64,000 nucleotides of DNA from Candidatus Eiseniibacteriota bacterium (GTDB lineage Bacteria; Eisenbacteria; RBG-16-71-46; SZUA-252), in the NCBI GenBank assembly GCA_963703225.1, contig OY969801.1:2464001-2528000 (forward strand), read 5' to 3'. Below the pieces are notes generated by a model that was given only the letters and a program-made list of their open reading frames with translations, searched no databases and was not told where the DNA came from. Made by a program: the position numbers and the translations under genes. Within the stretch, counting starts at the first letter, position 1, and each line of letters opens with the position of its first letter. Below are positions 60,331 through 64,000 of the stretch, piece by piece.

Positions 60331-61227
60331 ATGCCTCCTCTTTCGATCTGGCCCCAGACCTTCCGCGTCTTCATGGACGCGACGATCGAGATCGTGCCCT
60401 TCTTTCTTCTGGCGATTCTCCTCGGCGCCCTCATCGAAGAATTCGTGTCGGAAAAAACCATCGGGCGCTTCTTGACGGGGCACCGACCGGGAACGATGGC
60501 GCTCGTGTCGGTTCTCGGCGCGCTCCTGCCTCTCTGCACGTGCGGGATGGTGCCGCTGGCGGTCTCGCTGCGCCGGCGGGGCAGCGATCTCAAGCACACG
60601 ATCGCCTTTCTGACCGCGGGGGCTGCAGTGAGCATCCCGGTCCTCTTCCTGACGTGGAAGGTTTTGGGCGTGGAGTGGATGGCGGTCCGGCTCCTGACCT
60701 CGGTCATCTTCGGGCTGTTCGTCGGGTACGCGAGCCCTGTCGTGCTCCGCGCCGCGGAAGCACGATCCGCCGCCGGGGCATCCCCGCTTCCGGTCGCAGC
60801 CCCGCCGCGCCCCCGGGCGCGCGCGATATCGATCCTCCGCCGGTTCCGCGGGCAGCTCGTCGAGTATTTCCCCTGGGTGATCGTCAGCCTGGCGCTCGCC
60901 GCGGTGGTCGACAGCTTGGTGCCGCGGCACTGGATCCACGTGCTCTACGGCCAGAAGACGGTTGCCGGGCCGCTCCTCGCCTCGCTCTCCGGCATTCCCT
61001 TCTACTTCTGCTCGGGCGCCGAGCTGCCGCTGGCGAGGGAGCTGCTCGAGAAGGGAATGGGGCGAGGGCCCGGCACCGCGATGCTCCTGGCCGTCCCGAT
61101 CGTCAACATCCTGACCTTCGGCGTGGTGGGGCGATGGCTGGGCCCGCGGAGCGCGCTCGCCTACCTCACCCTTTGCGTCGCGGCGACGACCGCGATCGGC
61201 ATCGCCACCGGTTTGCTCTGGCGCTAG
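60331..61227 (+). CDS. Permease, ArsP/DUF318 family
   Basis: LPLCTCGMVP and PFYFCSGAELP motifs; two hydrophobic halves. Confidence 0.85.
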   Translation: MPPLSIWPQTFRVFMDATIEIVPFFLLAILLGALIEEFVSEKTIGRFLTGHRPGTMALVSVLGALLPLCTCGMVPLAVSLRRRGSDLKHTIAFLTAGAAVSIPVLFLTWKVLGVEWMAVRLLTSVIFGLFVGYASPVVLRAAEARSAAGASPLPVAAPPRPRARAISILRRFRGQLVEYFPWVIVSLALAAVVDSLVPRHWIHVLYGQKTVAGPLLASLSGIPFYFCSGAELPLARELLEKGMGRGPGTAMLLAVPIVNILTFGVVGRWLGPRSALAYLTLCVAATTAIGIATGLLWR

Positions 61228-61244
61228 CGGCCGGCGCGCGGGGG

Positions 61245-61973
61245 TTACTTCTTGGGCGGCTGGCTGGGGCGGATCTCCACCCGGCTCGGGAGCGATCGCG
61301 GAGAGTGGTGGAGGAGATCGACGACCACCTGCGCCACGTCGCCCGCGGTGAGCTTCCACGCCTGCGCGGGGTCGGGCGGACTTCCCCCGAAGTAGGTGTT
61401 CACGCTGCCGGGCATGATGTAGCTCACCCGAATTCCGTCGTGGCGAATCTCCTGCATCAACGCCTCCGACATCCCATTGACCGCGAACTTGGACGCATTG
61501 TAGGCCGAGGCGGTCGGGAACGCGTTCTTCCCCGCCAGGCTCGAGATGTTGAAGATGTACCCTCCCCCGCGTCGGCGCATCCGGGGGATCGCGGCCCGGG
61601 AGCAGAGGAAGACGCCGGTCACGTTGGTCTCGATGACGCTGTTCCACTCGTCGAGCGACATCTCCTCCAGATTCTTGAAGAGGCCGACCCCGGCGTTGTT
61701 GACCAGGATGTCGATGCCTCCGAATTCCCGGTCCGCGGCCCGGAAGAGCGCCTCCACCTCGCCTTCGCTTCGCACGTCGCAAGGGTGGGGCGCCGCGTGT
61801 CCTGGGTGAGCGGCGGAGAGCCGCTTGGCCGTCACGGCCACCTCGCCGGCGTTTCGCGCGGAGATCAAGACCTTCGCCCCCTCTTGAAGCAATGCCTCGG
61901 CCACCGCGAGCCCGATCCCCTTGGTGCTCCCGGTCACCACCGCCACCTTCCCTCGAATCTCTTGCGTGCTCAT
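61245..61973 (-). CDS. SDR family oxidoreductase
   Basis: TGSTKGIG, NNAG, YNASK. Confidence 0.92.
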   Translation of the reverse strand: MSTQEIRGKVAVVTGSTKGIGLAVAEALLQEGAKVLISARNAGEVAVTAKRLSAAHPGHAAPHPCDVRSEGEVEALFRAADREFGGIDILVNNAGVGLFKNLEEMSLDEWNSVIETNVTGVFLCSRAAIPRMRRRGGGYIFNISSLAGKNAFPTASAYNASKFAVNGMSEALMQEIRHDGIRVSYIMPGSVNTYFGGSPPDPAQAWKLTAGDVAQVVVDLLHHSPRSLPSRVEIRPSQPPKK

Positions 61974-62629
61974 GTTCCCTCCAGGCCTAGACCCGCGTTG
62001 AGTTCACGCGCCAACTCGGTCAGTCGTCCCGTGAAGAAGTGATCGGCATCGGCCACGAAGCGCGCCTCGACTTGGCCCCGGGTTCTAAGCCGCGCCACCA
62101 AGGCGAGAATGTCCTCGCGGCTGCCGTACTGGTCGTGGTCCCCCTGGACGATCAGCATCGGCGCCGGGGGCCGGTCCAGGAAGTCAAACGTCCGGTTGTC
62201 GATATTCTTACTCACGGGCATGCCGAGCGCGATGAATCGCTCGAGGTGCTCGTCGTGGAGCGCCCAGCGCGCCCCCACGTAGGATCCAAACGAGAACCCG
62301 GCGAGCCAGAGCGCGGCCAATCCCGTCTGCTCTCGGGCGAACGCGGCCGCGGCCGCCAGATCCTCGATCTCCCCGTCCCCGCCCGAGTAAGCCCCCGCGC
62401 TCATCCCGATACCCCGGAAGTTGAATCGAAGGGTGGGATGGCCGGCCCGGTCGAGCACGCGGTGGACCGTGTGGACCACCTTGCTGTGCATCGATCCGCC
62501 GTGAGCCGGGTGCGGGTGGCAGATGACCGCCGCGGAGAGTCCCCGCCCCGGGTCGGCCCAAAGCCCCTCCAAAACCCCCGCGGGGCCTGGAAATTTCACC
62601 GCCGTGACAATTCGCATTCTCGTAATCAT
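61970..62629 (-). CDS. Alpha/beta hydrolase
   Basis: HPHPAHGGSM, RFNFRG, GFSFG, ADHFF. Start uncertain. Confidence 0.88.
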   Translation of the reverse strand: MITRMRIVTAVKFPGPAGVLEGLWADPGRGLSAAVICHPHPAHGGSMHSKVVHTVHRVLDRAGHPTLRFNFRGIGMSAGAYSGGDGEIEDLAAAAAFAREQTGLAALWLAGFSFGSYVGARWALHDEHLERFIALGMPVSKNIDNRTFDFLDRPPAPMLIVQGDHDQYGSREDILALVARLRTRGQVEARFVADADHFFTGRLTELARELNAGLGLEGT

Positions 62630-62748
62630 CTCCACGCTCCGCGCCCTCGCGGGGCGGCCAGGCCCAATTCGCGCGTTTCGGCCGGTGAGTCTCTCCGTTA
62701 TACTGATGCGGCTCAAGCTGCAAAAGTCGCATACAGGGAGGCATTCGG

Positions 62749-64000
62749 GTGGCGCTTCGCGTCGAAAACCTCACGTTTATGGACCTCAATCGCACCGACC
62801 TGATCGAGATCTACCAGCTGATGCTCCTCTCCCGGAGGCTCGACGATGAGGAGATCAAGCTCAAGAAGCAGAATTTGACCTACTTCCAGATCAGCGGTGC
62901 GGGCCACGAGGCCGTGCTCGTCGCAGCGGGCAAGGCGCTCCGAAGCGGCTCCGACTGGTTCTACCCTTACTACCGCGACCGCGCGCTCATGCTCACGCTC
63001 GGCATGACCCCGCTCGAGATGCTCTTGGAAGCGGTCGGCGCCGCGGCCGACCCCAACTCCGGGGGGCGGCAGATGCCCTGCCATTGGGGACTCAAGCGGG
63101 CCAATGTCGTCTCGCAATCCAGCCCCACCGGCACCCAATTTCTCCAGGCGGTGGGATGCGCTGAGGGGGGCCGCCTCCTCGCGCTGATGAAGAACTTGAA
63201 ACAGCGGCCGCCGTACAAGGAAGACGAGGTGGTCTACGTCTCCGCCGGCGACGGCACAACGAGCGAAGGCGAGTTCTGGGAGGCCATCAACTCGGCGGCC
63301 ACCGAAGCCGCCCCGGTCCTCTTTCTGATCACCGACAACCAGTACGCCATCTCGGTCCCCGTCGAGGCGCAGACCCCTGGGGGCGACATCGGACGCTGCA
63401 TGGGCTCCGTTCCCGGGCTGCGCGTGATGCGCGTGGACGGCACCGATCCGCTCGCTTCCTATCAAGCCATGATCGAGGCGTCGCAGCACATCCGGGGCGG
63501 CAAGGGCCCCGTTCTCCTCCACGCGATGGTCATCCGGCCGTACGGCCACTCGATGTCGGACGACGAGCAGTCCTACAAGCCGCCGTACGAGCGCGAGGAA
63601 GAGGCCAAGCGGGATCCGATCTTGAACTACCCGAAGTACCTCGTGAGGGAAGGCATCGCGACAGAAGAGGTGATCGCCCAGATCCAGAAGGATGTCGACG
63701 CGGAGATCGCCGAAGCCGAGGCGCAGGCGCTGGCCGCGGCCAAGCCGAAGCCCGAGACGATCTACGATCACCTCTACTCGCCGACGGTAGACCCGACGTC
63801 CCGCGCCTTCGAGACCGATCCCAAGTTCGAGGGGCAGCCGGAGACCATGGTGACGCTCATCAATCGCTGCCTGAAGGATGAGATGGAGCGGGATCCGCGG
63901 ATCGTCCTCTTCGGTGAGGACGTGGCCGACGCCACCCGGGAACAGAACCTGAACTCGGTGCCCGGCAAGGGTGGCGTCTTCAAGGTCACCTACGGACTCC
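62749..64000 (+). CDS. 2-oxoacid dehydrogenase E1, fused alpha/beta subunits (branched-chain type), runs off the window end
   Basis: Own translation: [31 protein letters not shown], then in frame [24 protein letters not shown] before GTG 62749. Confidence 0.9.
   Translation, partial: MALRVENLTFMDLNRTDLIEIYQLMLLSRRLDDEEIKLKKQNLTYFQISGAGHEAVLVAAGKALRSGSDWFYPYYRDRALMLTLGMTPLEMLLEAVGAAADPNSGGRQMPCHWGLKRANVVSQSSPTGTQFLQAVGCAEGGRLLALMKNLKQRPPYKEDEVVYVSAGDGTTSEGEFWEAINSAATEAAPVLFLITDNQYAISVPVEAQTPGGDIGRCMGSVPGLRVMRVDGTDPLASYQAMIEASQHIRGGKGPVLLHAMVIRPYGHSMSDDEQSYKPPYEREEEAKRDPILNYPKYLVREGIATEEVIAQIQKDVDAEIAEAEAQALAAAKPKPETIYDHLYSPTVDPTSRAFETDPKFEGQPETMVTLINRCLKDEMERDPRIVLFGEDVADATREQNLNSVPGKGGVFKVTYGL

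Noticed and set aside
1..64000. CRISPR arrays, tRNA/rRNA genes, IS elements, prophage or defence genes
   Set aside because: By eye I found no spaced direct repeats, cloverleaf or rRNA signatures, transposase or integrase motifs; intergenic spaces are short.

Overview
High-GC bacterial genomic window, almost fully protein-coding, with about 50 CDS. I found no rRNA, tRNA, CRISPR array or transposase. Secreted proteins with C-terminal 'PNP(F/M)NP...SG(I/V)Y' sorting domains and a Ser/Thr kinase with PD40 repeats suggest a Candidatus Eisenbacteria-like or other FCB-related diderm (inference only). About ten housekeeping genes carry single-base frameshifts, most likely long-read consensus errors. 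Recognisable content: acs; a class II ribonucleotide reductase (nrdJ) with a LAGLIDADG intein at the catalytic Cys and tandem NrdR boxes; iscA/erpA, a Rieske ferredoxin and a KefC-like antiporter; pyk; two peroxiredoxins; acyl-CoA dehydrogenase; mpg; lrp-lat; an AAA+/VWA pair; hpnCDE-mutY; S8 and M1 peptidases; a fused 2-oxoacid dehydrogenase E1. Best candidates for undescribed biology: (1) a four-gene uncharacterised membrane operon (DUF6754-like) with its own leaderless promoter, between a TMTC-like glycosyltransferase and an outer-membrane barrel; (2) a translationally coupled cupredoxin / orphan histidine kinase / outer-membrane barrel module; (3) a Bcp peroxiredoxin fused to a histone H1-like basic tail; (4) a CarH-like regulator lacking its cobalamin ligands but keeping an 11-bp tandem-repeat operator; (5) a swivel-first aconitase-family fusion; (6) a structured RNA leader upstream of a flavin reductase.
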